Assembly: GCA_010093605.1 (NCBI GenBank)
Contig: MU004181.1
Span: 3,658,001 to 3,722,000, forward strand
From: Lophium mytilinum
Lineage: Eukaryota
DNA length: 64,000 nt
Direction: 5' to 3'
Within the stretch, counting starts at the first letter, position 1. The number at the start of each line of letters is the position of its first letter. Of this stretch, positions 1 through 11,737 are shown in pieces. The translations under genes were made by a program, and so were the position numbers. Below the pieces are notes generated by a model. That model ran no database searches. It was not told the DNA's origin and worked only from the letters and a program-made list of their open reading frames with translations.

Positions 1-1030
1 CGACCGTCACATATTTCCACGACGGTGCAGTGCTTTCTAGTCACCTTTTTCCCATCCCCCTAAATGTATATTGCTCTTCGATTACCCTTTTGCCTCCCCC
101 TTCTTGGTCACCTACAAACTTCCCCTTTGTCAAACAATGGAAACTGGCGTTATTTTTGCTTGCACGGATGGATGGATGGATCGGTGTCGCAGGTGTGCTA
201 CAGTAGCATCTCCACCTTTATCCCCAGCTTTTGTGCGTGTGCGTTTTACGAATATGAGAATTACTACTCTGCTCTCTGGGTATGAACCGTACGTCACGAC
301 GACTCCTCCTCTACGCTCGTTTTATAACTATTACATACCCCTGCTTTTGCCGGGTCTTGTTTACACTGTCTTTTCACTTCTTGCATATTTTGCTTGTGTT
401 TTTGGCTGCGTGGCTTGTATTACGATGTCATGACTGCTTTGAGCTACTCGGCAGGTTTTGTGGGAAGTGGGATTTTTCTACTGGTTTTTATAGGGTGGGT
501 ATGGCATGGGGATGGGGTGGGATAGGGAGGAGGGGTTTATATATCTTGGCTTTGGTACTTGCGGAGGCTTTTCTGAAGGCTCCGTGAAATTACATCTTGA
601 TTTTTACGCTTAGCTATGCTCTCTTGTATGTGTGTGCTTGTGATGATCGCGCTTACCCTTGAAACTTCTTCAGACAGAGAAAAGCCTAACTACCTCATAG
701 CCGTATTTCACGTCGCGAGTTCAGTATCCTTAGATATAAACCAGGTATATATTCGTGTAAAATAAATACCCTAGCTACATAGATAGATCAAAATCAACCC
801 CTTCCGATTCCACTCCATCTCCATCCAGCACATTCCCTAACCCCCTTACCCTTTACTTTAGCAACCCCCAAAAAACACCATTTGGCACGTTTCGTGCCCC
901 ATCACGCGGGGAACCCTTGAGCACGTATCCATTCCAATTCCTCGTTGTCCGTATTACTCCAAGAAAAACAGCCTGACATACAAAAGCTCTCGCGGTGGAA
1001 TTTGCGGAGCGGGGAAGACGCAATGACAAA

Positions 1031-1046
1031 AGAGAGAGAGAGAGAG
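1031..1046. repeat. (AG)8 microsatellite
   Basis: Direct read of agagagagagagagag. Confidence 0.9.
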
Positions 1047-1185
1047 GCACGACCCGCGCATCGAGGGCGGGGACGAGCAACACTTATCACAGAAATCCGA
1101 CGCCGGGCGTTCTGGGACGAGCGTCGTTTCGTGAGTGAATTTAACATAGGGAAGACGATTGAAGCGGGAGAGAATGAAAGAGAGC

Positions 1186-1201
1186 GTGTGTGTGTGTGTG
1201 T
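1186..1201. repeat. (GT)8 microsatellite
   Basis: Direct read of gtgtgtgtgtgtgtgt. Confidence 0.9.
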
Positions 1202-1909
1202 TAAGTGTGGTACGGCGGTGTTCGAGAACGGCGTCCGAAGCCGGTACAATGCGAGTGCGTAGAGCCTTTGTCGTCGTTTCTATCCAAGGATTACGAGAAA
1301 TGACAGATGAGGGAGTGTGGAGATGTTCGAGAGCGCTGTTGTTGCCACTCGAAAATAGATCGAAAGAGCCAGGAAGGAGATGCGAACAAGGTAGGGAGTG
1401 TGTAGTCGAATGACGTGGTGTCCCTGGGGACAATAGAAAGAAGCTTTGAGAAGAGTATTGTAATGCGTGTGCCGATACCTTTTAGTTGTCGTTGAGGCCC
1501 TATGGGCGTCTGGGTCATGGGTCGCCGCTGCTTAGATGCCTCGTGTTCCCTGGGCGTGATTATCTGGGAGACTTCAACGTCGTCAATACTCTTGGCTGGA
1601 TTGCAATCTCCCGGTAGTGCTGCTGCTCTTCCAGAAATCGGCCAAACTTCTTGGTCAATTTGCAAGCAATAGACATCGTGATAGGCCGGGAGAGGTTCGA
1701 GTCGTTGGGAAGCATCTGGAGAGAGTCTGGTACTACTCAATGCTTCCTAGAGTACTGAACGTGCGGTTCGTCTTCCCAGCCAGACACCAGCTCTTGAGGT
1801 GGTGCAGTCAGGTAAACCACCCTGAGCTCTGGCTTGCCTCCACTGGCATTGTAGAAGGTAGGGTCTCCCTTTTAGCAACCCAGACAACGGGGAGAGGTTA
1901 TAGAAACAC

Positions 1910-4900
1910 TCATAGAACGTCGAAGATATTGCGCACGATAGGGCTCACGCCTTTATGAGCTGGACTCCTTGGATCGTCATCAACAGGTTTGGGTGCAAGC
2001 CAGGAGGCGTCCGTAGTAGTATTTGCTCCTTCGATGTGGTCCTGCCCAGCTCTAATCGTTTCGATGGACGATGCCGGGCTCGCATCTTCTGCTGGTCTAG
2101 CCAGGTCGATATGGAACGGGTTCCTTGTAAACTCAGTCGCTCTTGGCGACATCAAAGCTTCCATATCGTCCGCAGCATGTGGGAGATTGGGTGACCGTGG
2201 TGGCAGCAGCGTTTTAATCTCAGTTTGTAGCTTGTGAAGGCGTCGCTGTTCTTGCAGGTTTGGAGACGAGTAACGTGTCCTCAGTGTGTTTGGCTTTGAT
2301 GGAGTAGTCAAGTGCGTTAACAGCTGAGGTGTTACGGCTGCAGGTGCATCTTTCACCGTTTCGGTCGTATTGGATTGAGGCGAGGGTACTTCTTCAGAAG
2401 TACTCAAGCTATCGATTCTAACAGGGGGCTTGGCCAGTTTAAAGCTTGGGGGCGGGCTCAGCTTTACAAATGACGGCTTGAAGCTGGCCGAGCCATTCAG
2501 GGAAGCAAATCCATTTTCGCTTTGAGGCTGGTTAAGATGAGCTGGAGGATGGATCGGGTGGTGTAGCCTGAACGGAAGGCTCCCGTCTGGTGTTGGTTTT
2601 TGCGGAATGCCTTCGAAAGGGTTCGCAGAGAATTCAAAAGTGCGAGGAGATGTTAAACCAAATGAATCATCGTCTGCATCCCGGGGCTTGAGAGGTGTCA
2701 TGTGGAATTCGGAGGACCTCGGCGACGTCACTTCCGGGTTACTCGACTCATCATTCAAGGTGCTGCGAGGGAACTCAGCAGTCTTGGGCGATATTAGATC
2801 TGCGAGCGGATTGGGCGCTGGGTTTGCTGATTGTCCGAATGGTAGCAACGCCGGGGATGGTCCAAAAGTAAAACTACTCGCCTTTGGCGACGTCAAGCCA
2901 TACGTGTCGTCAAAGTCATCATTCTTTAAGGGAGTCATATGGAATTCAGACGATCGCGGGGACAAAGCTGACGTATCATGAGGAGCCCAAGCAGGTTTCG
3001 AGTCTTCAGAGGAGCTGGAGGATTGATCCTTCAAGGTCGAAGATTCACCGGTGTATGAGATTGGCCGTACCTCTGCTGGTTGGTTCGGTACTTCGAAACC
3101 TGTGGCGCGAGGAGAGAGCAAGCCAAATGACCCGTCGAAGTCGTCTTGCTTCAAGGGAGTCATGTGAAATTCTGCGGATCTTGGAGATGTTATTGACGCT
3201 TCTTGGGGAGGCTCCTGCTGCATGGGAGAAGTCTGGAATGTCGTCGTTCGTGGTGACGTCAAGCCAAAGGAGTCGTAATCCGGGACCGCCTGCTGTAGTG
3301 GAATCATGTGAAACTCAGTCGACCTCGGTGAAAACGCTGACGCCTGCTGAGGGATCTCGAATGAGGTCGCACGAGGAGAAAGTAGTCCGGATGATGCATC
3401 AAACTCATCGTTCTCTTTCTTAAGAGTTAAACGACGAGAGAAATTGGGAACCGCAGATGCCCTCAACTCAGCATGCTGTGCTGTGAAACTTCTCTCTTCG
3501 CTAAGCCGTGGAGGCTGTGTGGTACTGTCTTCCTTGTTCACAGCAACCACTGGTACTACGTGACCCGTTGGATCAACGTAGGGAGTGGCAGTCGAGATAG
3601 GCTCTGGTCCAGAAGGTACGTCGAAATTCGTCTGGGTCTGGCTAGAGGCCCATGACCGGCGAAAACCGGGGGAGAAGAAGCCTCCCGAAGGTGCAGTCAG
3701 CGGGCCTGGAGAGACATCAACCATGTTTCCTGTACTTGCTCGTTGCAGCAATGAGTCGTTTTCGGGAGGTAGAGGTGCAGTACGGGGCGTCTTCGATCCA
3801 GGAGACGATGTATCCATTTCGAAAGTGAGTGGTCGAGAGTTGGCGGTAGGTAGCCCTGCGGATTTCCTTGGCAGATTTTGTCTTAATAGTCCGTTCCTGA
3901 ACTCTTGCAATTGCATGATCAAGTTCATGTTCGGACCTATCCATCTACTCCGCTTCTTGACAGCATCATAAGCCTCTTGCACGCTGATACCTGGGTTCTT
4001 GTACAGCCCGTAGGCGACGATGAGACTAGCTGAGCGACTGACGCCGCATTGACAATGAACAAGAACCCGCTTGCCTTGCTGGACACGATCGTCGATGATT
4101 TGAACCAGTCTATAAAGATCGGGAACTATGTCGGTGTTGTGTTCCCATGGTATGTGGATGTATTCCGGAGCTTTCAGCGCTGGGTTCGCTAACGATGCTA
4201 CGGGATGCTCGAAAATCGGTGTAGCCTTGGGGGTGGTCGGGGAGCTGTCTTGCGTATCCGTGCGGTTCAGCCCCGCGGACGTGGGCATCAAGGCAGAACC
4301 AACCCTCGGTGCTGCTTGGTTCTTAGTCGGCTTGCCGTCCCGTCTTCTAGCCTCTAGGTCCTCTAGAGAGTCCTCGCCGACAGCTGTCGTTGCAAAGGGA
4401 TTCTTGACTTCGCTGGCGACATTAAATATTACGTCGTAATTCAACGCTTGCTCTGCAGTGGGTTCAAAATACAGGAACACTCCGGACTCGTAGATGCAAA
4501 TTGGTCCGTGGGGGTAAGCCGCTGGCTTCTCCTCACGAGACTGCGGTATGTCGAAATTTGGCTCCTGGTCCTCCTCTTCCATTTCTATGGGCACTTCGGC
4601 AAAGCCATGGGGATTGGTTATTTTTAGAGGTCGGAGAGAAGGAAATTGCATCCCTCCAGAGGGAGCTACGCTGGGCGAACACAAGGGAAGTGAAGGAGAA
4701 GACTGGAAATGGCGCAGCGCAGGCCGGTTAAAGGACGGGGTAGAGGGAATGAGCAGCCGCATGGGCTTGTTGTCGTGCCCAGGAGTCTGAATGGTGAGAC
4801 CCAAGTTGCTTGGTCGTCTCTTAGGTGGCGTTGGTGGCTTGACAAACAAAGGCGAAGTTGGCTCTGAGGTTGTGGCCTCCTGTTTGGCAACAATTGGCAG

Positions 4901-5674
4901 AGACGCCGTGGAGGCTGCTCGTCCAGTGTTCAACAGGCTCGACGTCTTGACGGCCAGATTCTTCAGGTTCCGGGGCTTCTTAGCAGGCGTCGTGGGCCGC
5001 TGCAACTCAAAAAAAGAAGACTGTTGCGTCGGCTCCAACGTGGGTGCTTCCATGCGTCGCGATCGAAAGTCTGCCACAAAAGACGAAGGAAGCATTTTGG
5101 CATGCGGAGACTCGGGTGATGTCGCGGGCGACGGCTCGGTCATGGAGGACGAGTCCATGGTGGAAATGGTGGTGGTGGGCGAAGAGTCGGAGGACTCTGA
5201 CGCCGAGGTCGAAGTGCTGTCCCGGTGCTGGTGGAAGACAGAGAAGGGCGCGTTGGAGCCCTGGTGTATAGTGATATTCCCGCTGGATGCAGGCCGCGCT
5301 ACGAGGTCGCCATGGGAGGCAGTGGCGTTGCGCTCTGTATAATCCCGGATCCCGGTGTCGTTTGCTTCCTCGCCAAAAACCGACATGAACGACGGCATTG
5401 GCACATGAGGTCTCGAAGTCGTCTGAACGGGCATGCTTGACTTGAACGCTTTGAGGGGCCGTCCGGGCGGTCCCAGGCCGCGGGATCGTGGGCGTCGGCC
5501 TACGGTGTCGTGTCTACACGATGCCCGACGTGGGGAAGGAGGATGAGACGAGAATGGCGCGGCGTTGTGGTCAACCTTCTTCGCACGAAAGTATGAATTA
5601 GACGGCAAATCCGGAGTAAAGGACCTTTTGAGAGTTGGACTGTCAGCCTTTTGAAGCATTGTGGTGGTCGCCAT
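1910..5674 (-). CDS. pmp1: Dual-specificity (MAPK) protein phosphatase, Msg5/Pmp1-like, ~1254 aa, intronless
   Basis: Catalytic loop VHCQCGVSRS, then AYDAVKKRSRWIGPNMNLIMQL. Basic-hydrophobic docking-like motif KKPRNLKNLAV. First plausible ATG (MATTTMLQ) at 5674, in frame with ORF 1910..6241. Confidence 0.88.
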   Translation of the reverse strand: MATTTMLQKADSPTLKRSFTPDLPSNSYFRAKKVDHNAAPFSSHPPSPRRASCRHDTVGRRPRSRGLGPPGRPLKAFKSSMPVQTTSRPHVPMPSFMSVFGEEANDTGIRDYTERNATASHGDLVARPASSGNITIHQGSNAPFSVFHQHRDSTSTSASESSDSSPTTTISTMDSSSMTEPSPATSPESPHAKMLPSSFVADFRSRRMEAPTLEPTQQSSFFELQRPTTPAKKPRNLKNLAVKTSSLLNTGRAASTASLPIVAKQEATTSEPTSPLFVKPPTPPKRRPSNLGLTIQTPGHDNKPMRLLIPSTPSFNRPALRHFQSSPSLPLCSPSVAPSGGMQFPSLRPLKITNPHGFAEVPIEMEEEDQEPNFDIPQSREEKPAAYPHGPICIYESGVFLYFEPTAEQALNYDVIFNVASEVKNPFATTAVGEDSLEDLEARRRDGKPTKNQAAPRVGSALMPTSAGLNRTDTQDSSPTTPKATPIFEHPVASLANPALKAPEYIHIPWEHNTDIVPDLYRLVQIIDDRVQQGKRVLVHCQCGVSRSASLIVAYGLYKNPGISVQEAYDAVKKRSRWIGPNMNLIMQLQEFRNGLLRQNLPRKSAGLPTANSRPLTFEMDTSSPGSKTPRTAPLPPENDSLLQRASTGNMVDVSPGPLTAPSGGFFSPGFRRSWASSQTQTNFDVPSGPEPISTATPYVDPTGHVVPVVAVNKEDSTTQPPRLSEERSFTAQHAELRASAVPNFSRRLTLKKENDEFDASSGLLSPRATSFEIPQQASAFSPRSTEFHMIPLQQAVPDYDSFGLTSPRTTTFQTSPMQQEPPQEASITSPRSAEFHMTPLKQDDFDGSFGLLSPRATGFEVPNQPAEVRPISYTGESSTLKDQSSSSSEDSKPAWAPHDTSALSPRSSEFHMTPLKNDDFDDTYGLTSPKASSFTFGPSPALLPFGQSANPAPNPLADLISPKTAEFPRSTLNDESSNPEVTSPRSSEFHMTPLKPRDADDDSFGLTSPRTFEFSANPFEGIPQKPTPDGSLPFRLHHPIHPPAHLNQPQSENGFASLNGSASFKPSFVKLSPPPSFKLAKPPVRIDSLSTSEEVPSPQSNTTETVKDAPAAVTPQLLTHLTTPSKPNTLRTRYSSPNLQEQRRLHKLQTEIKTLLPPRSPNLPHAADDMEALMSPRATEFTRNPFHIDLARPAEDASPASSIETIRAGQDHIEGANTTTDASWLAPKPVDDDPRSPAHKGVSPIVRNIFDVL

Positions 5675-7682
5675 AGCAGGCGGCGAAGGGCATTGGGGCG
5701 TGTGAAAGGACAAAAGGCAGGAAGATAGGAGTGAGTCTAGTAGGGGCAGCTGGCAGCAACATGGACGAGCCGCGACTGCAAGCACGCTCGAAACATACAG
5801 GGCAGCAGAGGTGTAGGAGTAGGGCGCAGTAAAGAAATGAATGAGTGGAGGGTTGAGGCGCGGGTAGAAAGAACAGCGATACGCACCGGACTGCCAATGA
5901 AGAGTGCAGAAGTTGAAACGAGATGCCAGATCTCGATTAAGCGCCAAAGGAGTGACTGAAAGGCGGCTCGAGCAGCGCGAGGTCTGTAGGTTTTTGGGGT
6001 GATGGCGACGGCGCACTTGATCTCGCCAGAGTCGCAAGAGAGGCCAGGCGGGGAGCGTGCTGCGGACAGGCTTGGACGACCAGCCGGGAGGAGTGTGCGA
6101 GGAGAGAGAGAGTCGTCCGCCGCGGCGATGTCGGTGGGAGGGATTGAGGAGGAGGAGGTGTGATGTTGAACTGGATGGTGAACGGGATGGTGTGGACCAG
6201 CGTCTGGCAGAGAGGCACGGACGGCCAACGCCTCCAACCAATGCTCCAGCTGCTGTCGAACCGCTGCCCTAGTCCCGTTTTGTTTGCGATACGCCCGAGG
6301 TCTTTTTTTAGACGAGCCTGGCTCGGCGGGAATTTTCCTCGCACCCTTCAGCTGCAGGCGGCACTACTCTGGACTGTTCGATTCAACAGCACCACCACAC
6401 CAAGTCTTTCTCGGCACTTGCACTTTGTTCGCATCACGGAACTTGTGTCTTCAAATACTAGACGCTGCGAGTGCTTGCTCCACCCGTCCACACTTTACAG
6501 ACGCGGCCGCCCTACCGTGCTACGCTAGACCCCCGATGCCGTTCCTCATTTCTTACTGGTATAAATATAGCCGCCGAGGTGGAGACCGGCCGGGATCCAG
6601 CGAATCAGCGAGAGCAGAGGCGATGAGGATCCCGGCGAAGGCACAGATTCAGTGCGAAGGCCGTGCACCAACGCTTCAAGGCGCCCTCCTTCATGACTTC
6701 CAATGTTTGCCTCCCGTAACTATGAATGCCATAGTACATACTCATAGAGAGCACCTTCTACCCCTTCTCCATGTCCCATCATATCACTGATCGGGTTGAG
6801 CGGCAAGACCAAGAGAGAACGAGCAGTGACACTTGCCGTCACATCACGTGACCGTATGGTCCCTGACCCGCCGGTACGAAGTACTTCAGGCCACGAACAC
6901 GCTTCGGACCACGGGCCCCTGGATCCCAAGCACCACTACCATGGCAATTTGCATCAAATATAAGCTACAGCAGCACTCCGGGAGAACAGTATATAATCTC
7001 TATACCGAGGCTTTATCAAGGGCACACTTCCCAACAGGTATGCTACCACGGAGTAATCAACAATATCTGTCTATCTTCGCCTTCTATAGAGAGAGCCAGC
7101 TTTTGCATCACCGCATTCTCGGACTATGCACAATCGCCGTCAGCCGACGTACTACACCTTTGCCGCCTCAGGGTCTTGGAACCCATACTTGTGCTAACAT
7201 TGACCACGAATTTGTCAGCTTTCTGTTCACGATGGGAGTGAAAGTCGCACAGTGGGGCTTTGTGGTGATGCCTAAATCTGACATTACCAGTACTTCGAAA
7301 CTGTGGCGAGGGAATGGTCATGCTAGCTACTAGACTTGACTGGTCGGGAGCCTGTAAATAGCTGAGTGTGGCATGCGCAGACTTCGACTTCGCACGGCTG
7401 TTCATGGTGTCCCAGTGCATCGGATGAAACACTGTAGAAATGTCAGGTTTAGCATGTTGGCTTCTAAGCCGCTCTATTCACACCCATTCGATACAGTCCA
7501 GAGTGTGCGCGCAAGTTCTGGCAAAGAAGGAAGTGCTGTACGTCGCTGCATGAGGTGTTCCAGATTGAACGTGCTGGAAGCCTATTGTATTCTCACCCGT
7601 ATGAAACTCATGACGTTCTCTAACGTATTCGACTTGAAGTTCTCAGACGGAACATGAAGGATGTGCATCTCCGGACACCCAT

Positions 7683-8959
7683 TTACAAGTACCTCTCCAT
7701 CATCTCTTTCATCTGGTCCAGATTCAAGGCGCTGACGGTATTGTTATCGTGTCCAGTCATAGTCTCAGCCATGCAAACCGCATTCAAGATCGCCTCTTCC
7801 ACCGCGTCTGCCGTGTTTTCGAATATCGAATTGATTGTCTGATCTAAGCTAGGATTTAGTGATAAGAAGGTGGTTTCAAGCGTTGCATATGCTTACCATC
7901 AACATACTCAATTGGCAAAGTCGAAGGAGTCCACGGGTCTACTTTCCGCGCCTGGGCTGTAACCGTCTGCACAGGGATCTCATTCGCAGTCGAGAAGGCT
8001 AGGAAGATGTCTCCAGATGGATTGTGTCCACATCCCCCAGCTCTCGCCAGCCCAATCGTCGCTCTCTTTGCCACACGCTGCAGCTGGGTAGGATGTAGCG
8101 GTGCATCTGTTGCTATCACCACAATGATACTCCCATCCTTCTTGTCCTTCGCTTCTGTCAACTTGATCAGCAGCTTAGCTTGCGCCAGGAGCTTAGGATC
8201 AACCGGATTGGCTCTCATAAGCTTCTCCTGGTCCTCTAATATCAGTCTCCCGATAGGCGCTCCCTTGATTCGAAAGTCCCGCATGGCACCGTAATTCGCT
8301 TGCACGAGTGCTCCGACCGTGTAGTCTTTCTTCTCTCCTGGAATCACACGGCTGGAGCATCCCGTACCGCCCTTGAAGTAATGGCAGAGCATACCTGTCC
8401 CGCCTCCCGTGTTTCCCTCTGGCACGGCATCCGCACTCGCCTGATCCATTCCTTGAACGATATGCTCCGGCTTCACCGAGAACTTCGCTATATCGTTCAT
8501 GTATCCATCGAACGTCTCGCCGACTACGGGCAGCAGGAACCAATCCACACTCCCTTTCTCATCCCCGTACTCGCGGATCGCCCACTCGTAGATGCCTTGA
8601 TACGCAGCACCTACAGCAAACGAGTTGGTCAGGATGATAGGCGAGTGGAGTAATCCCGTCTCCTCGATCCAGTGACTTCCGGTCATCTCCCCGGAGCCGT
8701 TGAAGCGGAACAAGCCAGCGAAGCATGCCTGATGGAACCAGTCTTTCCGAGGCAAGATCGTAGTGACGCCGGTGTTGATGGAGCCGGGGGCTGCAGCGGG
8801 ATGCGAATGAATGGATTGAGTATGGGCAAGCACGCCAGGTACGTCGGTGAGGGAGTTCTTCGGGCCTGGAGCGAACCGGCCGAGATTCAGGGTAGGGAGA
8901 AGGTCGCGGATGCGGCTGCGCGGAGTGTCTGCCGCAGTAAAGGAGGACGTTGCTGCCAT
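7683..8959 (-). CDS. Peptidase S58 / DmpA (P1) family aminopeptidase/amidase, 2 exons (intron 7844-7896)
   Basis: Motifs [35 protein letters not shown] and the autoproteolytic G|S site in [15 protein letters not shown], plus [12 protein letters not shown]. Splicing a GTAAGC...TAG intron restores the C-terminal [10 protein letters not shown]. Confidence 0.92.
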
Positions 8960-9058
8960 CTTGCTTGAATTTGTTGGATAATGAGTGATGTTGCAGAGAA
9001 GTTGATGTAGACTGATGCTGGAGAGGATCTTGATAGAGACTGAATTTGAAAATATGAT

Positions 9059-9349
9059 AACGAGAAGGTTATTATACTACCGTCCCAAGGTCTTGAGGTA
9101 TTAACAAGTCTCGTTTCTTATGGTCAGTTGTTCAGTAGTGTGATAGGAGTCACCACGATTATGCAGTCAGGTATATGTCTAAGCCTGAATAGACAGCTGT
9201 TAAGGAATTCACTGCAGTACGGAGCTCGCTTGTGACGAGGTCGAGCGAGATAGCGGGGGTGATCTGCAAGGCTCGGAGTCATCTCGTCCGTAGGACGTGC
9301 CATACGCCGTACAACAGTTTCAGCGGACAGATATCCCCCTTTGGACGAG
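9059..9349. promoter_or_regulatory. Cluster of five CTCGT/ACGAG cores in the DmpA / acyl-CoA ligase divergent promoter
   Basis: Cores at 9060, 9110 (CTCGTTTC), 9235, 9283 and 9345. Function is inferred. Confidence 0.35.
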
Positions 9350-9679
9350 TGCATGAGGTCGAAGGTGGTGCACAGAACCCCGATGCGTGCTCAAATATTC
9401 TCTAACGACGTGTTATGGCGTGGACACAACTGCAACCTCCGCGCTTCCCGTCCATCGCCCTGACGCTTTTCCCCTTATGGCTAGACAAGTGCAGCTGTGG
9501 AGGCGAATCGTGGAGTCGTCCCACTCCTCCACCCGCCCGAGTCAAGGCCCGAGGAGCTTTGAAGCTACGAGCTGCCCGCACGTTGAGGCTCCTTGATATC
9601 CTCTTCTTCCAACCTCGATCCGTGTCAGTCCAACAGCCGTGACGAAACTAGCCCACCCCAATTTTTCGGCCTTCTCAGC

Positions 9680-11648
9680 ATGGAGAACGCAAAAGCCCGT
9701 CTTCAGAGGCTCGCATCGCACTTCATCTCTGCAGCACCAACACCGGCCACTCCGGAGAATGAAGGTCATAATGGCTACGAGCATCGGCATAACTTCCATT
9801 CGCTATCTCCAACAGCTTTTCTCCAGCGGGCGGCATTGATTGAGCCAGAGGTATGTATACGGATTGCCACCCCCTAGCTTTAGAAAAAACCATGTGAAAT
9901 GTGTTGAACTATTGAACATAGAACTAAGAAAGAACAGGCATTGGCAGTCTATCATAGGACGGCAAACAACAAGATCCTGCGCCGCTCATATGCCGAAGTT
10001 GCTGATCGTGCTCGTGGACTGGCATACTACCTTCGCCAACACAACTACAAACGCGTCGGCATACTCTGCCCTAACACGCCCGCGTTTCTCGAGAGTCTCT
10101 TTGGGATTGCTGCTGCAGGTGCCGTGAGCGTTGGTATGGTCTCCTTAGATTAATTGGCCCTTTTGGAGACTGACACGTGATGAACTTTTAGCTGTCAACT
10201 ACCGCCTCAAAAAAGATGATATCTCATATATCATGACCCATGCCGGCGTCGACATTATTATCACGGACGCCGAGTTCACATCTCTACTAGATTCCTACAG
10301 TGCCGCTAATCCATCAGTGCCCATCATCATCGACAACGACACCGACGCAACCGAAGGCGAGCTCAGCGGCCCCTTTGACGACGCTGTTCTCGAAGGCCTA
10401 ACATATGACCGCCAGCACGGCTCCCAAGGGTGGTCAGGCCTTGAAACGCAAGTACAAGACGAACAATCCGTCATATCGCTCGCTTACACATCCGGCACAA
10501 CTGCGCGCCCAAAAGGCGTCGAATACACGCACCGCGGCGTGTACCTAGCAGCACTCGGCAACGTCATCGAAAGCGGCCTCAACTACCACATCGGCCGCTG
10601 CAAATACCTCTGGACGCTCCCCATGTTCCACGCCACGGGGTGGACCTTCCCTTGGGCAATCACGGCAGTACGAGGCACGCATTACTGTCTGCGGAAGATT
10701 GACTACCCCGAGATCTGGCGGCTGCTGAAAGAGGAGAAGATCACGCATTTCAACGCTGCGCCGACCGTCAATACGATTTTGTGTGCGGCTAAAGAGGCAG
10801 AGAAGCTGGAGCATGGGGTTCGAGTAACCGTAGCGGCGAGTCCGCCTACTGCGCATCTTTTCGAAACAATGACGGCACTGAACTTACATCCTGTCCATGT
10901 GTACGGGCTAACAGAGACGTATGGGCCCATCACGAAGGGATACCACATGCCCTCGTGGGAAGATCTGCCTGTGGCCCAGAAGTACGCGAAGATGGCACGA
11001 CAAGGCCACGGCTTCATCACGTCGCAGTCCGCCAGAGTTATTAAGCCAGACCAAAAACCAGGTGTGCTGATAGATGTGGCGAAGAACGGTTTTGAGATCG
11101 GCGAGATAGTTTTTGCGGGTAACATCTGCGCAAAGGGGTATTACCGCGATCCAGAGGCGACGAGAAAGCTGTGGGAAGGCGGAGTGAGCCACTCGGGCGA
11201 TTTGGCGGTGATGCACGAGGATGGGGCGATTCAGATATTGGATCGGGCTAAGGATATCATCATCAGTGGTGCGTAGACTCAGCTACTTGCTAGAGTGGCG
11301 AGCTTGATCGCAAGTCACGGAAACTGACTCTACTTTTGTATAGGAGGCGAAAACATCTCATCTGTCGCCCTCGAATCCATGCTAGTAACCCACCCGGACA
11401 TTCTCGAAGCCGGCGTTGTTGCTGTGGCAGACTCGCACTGGGGTGAGCGCCCCAAGGCCTACATCACTGTGAAAAGTGGCCACTCGTTGAAAGGTGAGGA
11501 TGTCATCGATTGGGCGAAGCACAAGAGCGATATCAGTAAGTTCATGGTGCCCAGAGAGGTCGAGGTGGTAGACGAGCTACCCAAAACGAGCACAGGGAAG
11601 CTGAAGAAGAACGTGCTAAGAGAGTGGGCGAAAAAGGCACATTCGTGA
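9680..11648 (+). CDS. AMP-dependent acyl-CoA synthetase (ANL superfamily) with N-terminal PTS2; 4 exons
   Basis: Motifs AYTSGTTARPKGV, YGLTET, HSGDLA, DRAKDIIISGGENISS, PKTSTGK. N-terminal RLQRLASHF fits PTS2. GT-AG introns near 9851, 10134 and 11269. Confidence 0.93.
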
Positions 11649-11737
11649 GAGATGTAAGATTTGTGCTGTACAGTAACGAACTTTAGCGTATACATCTGTG
11701 TACATGTATTTACTGCTATCTAAGGTCATTTGATGCA

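Noticed and set aside
835..856. CCCTAACCCCCTTACCCT, telomere-like
   Set aside because: Only one exact CCCTAA unit; chance in a C-rich tract.
1..1900. Several short overlapping ORFs
   Set aside because: No motifs; they contain microsatellites and look like UTR or intergenic sequence.
5675..6241. 189-codon in-frame extension upstream of the phosphatase ATG
   Set aside because: It starts at a non-ATG codon and has low-complexity 5' UTR-like composition. There is no evidence for non-AUG initiation.
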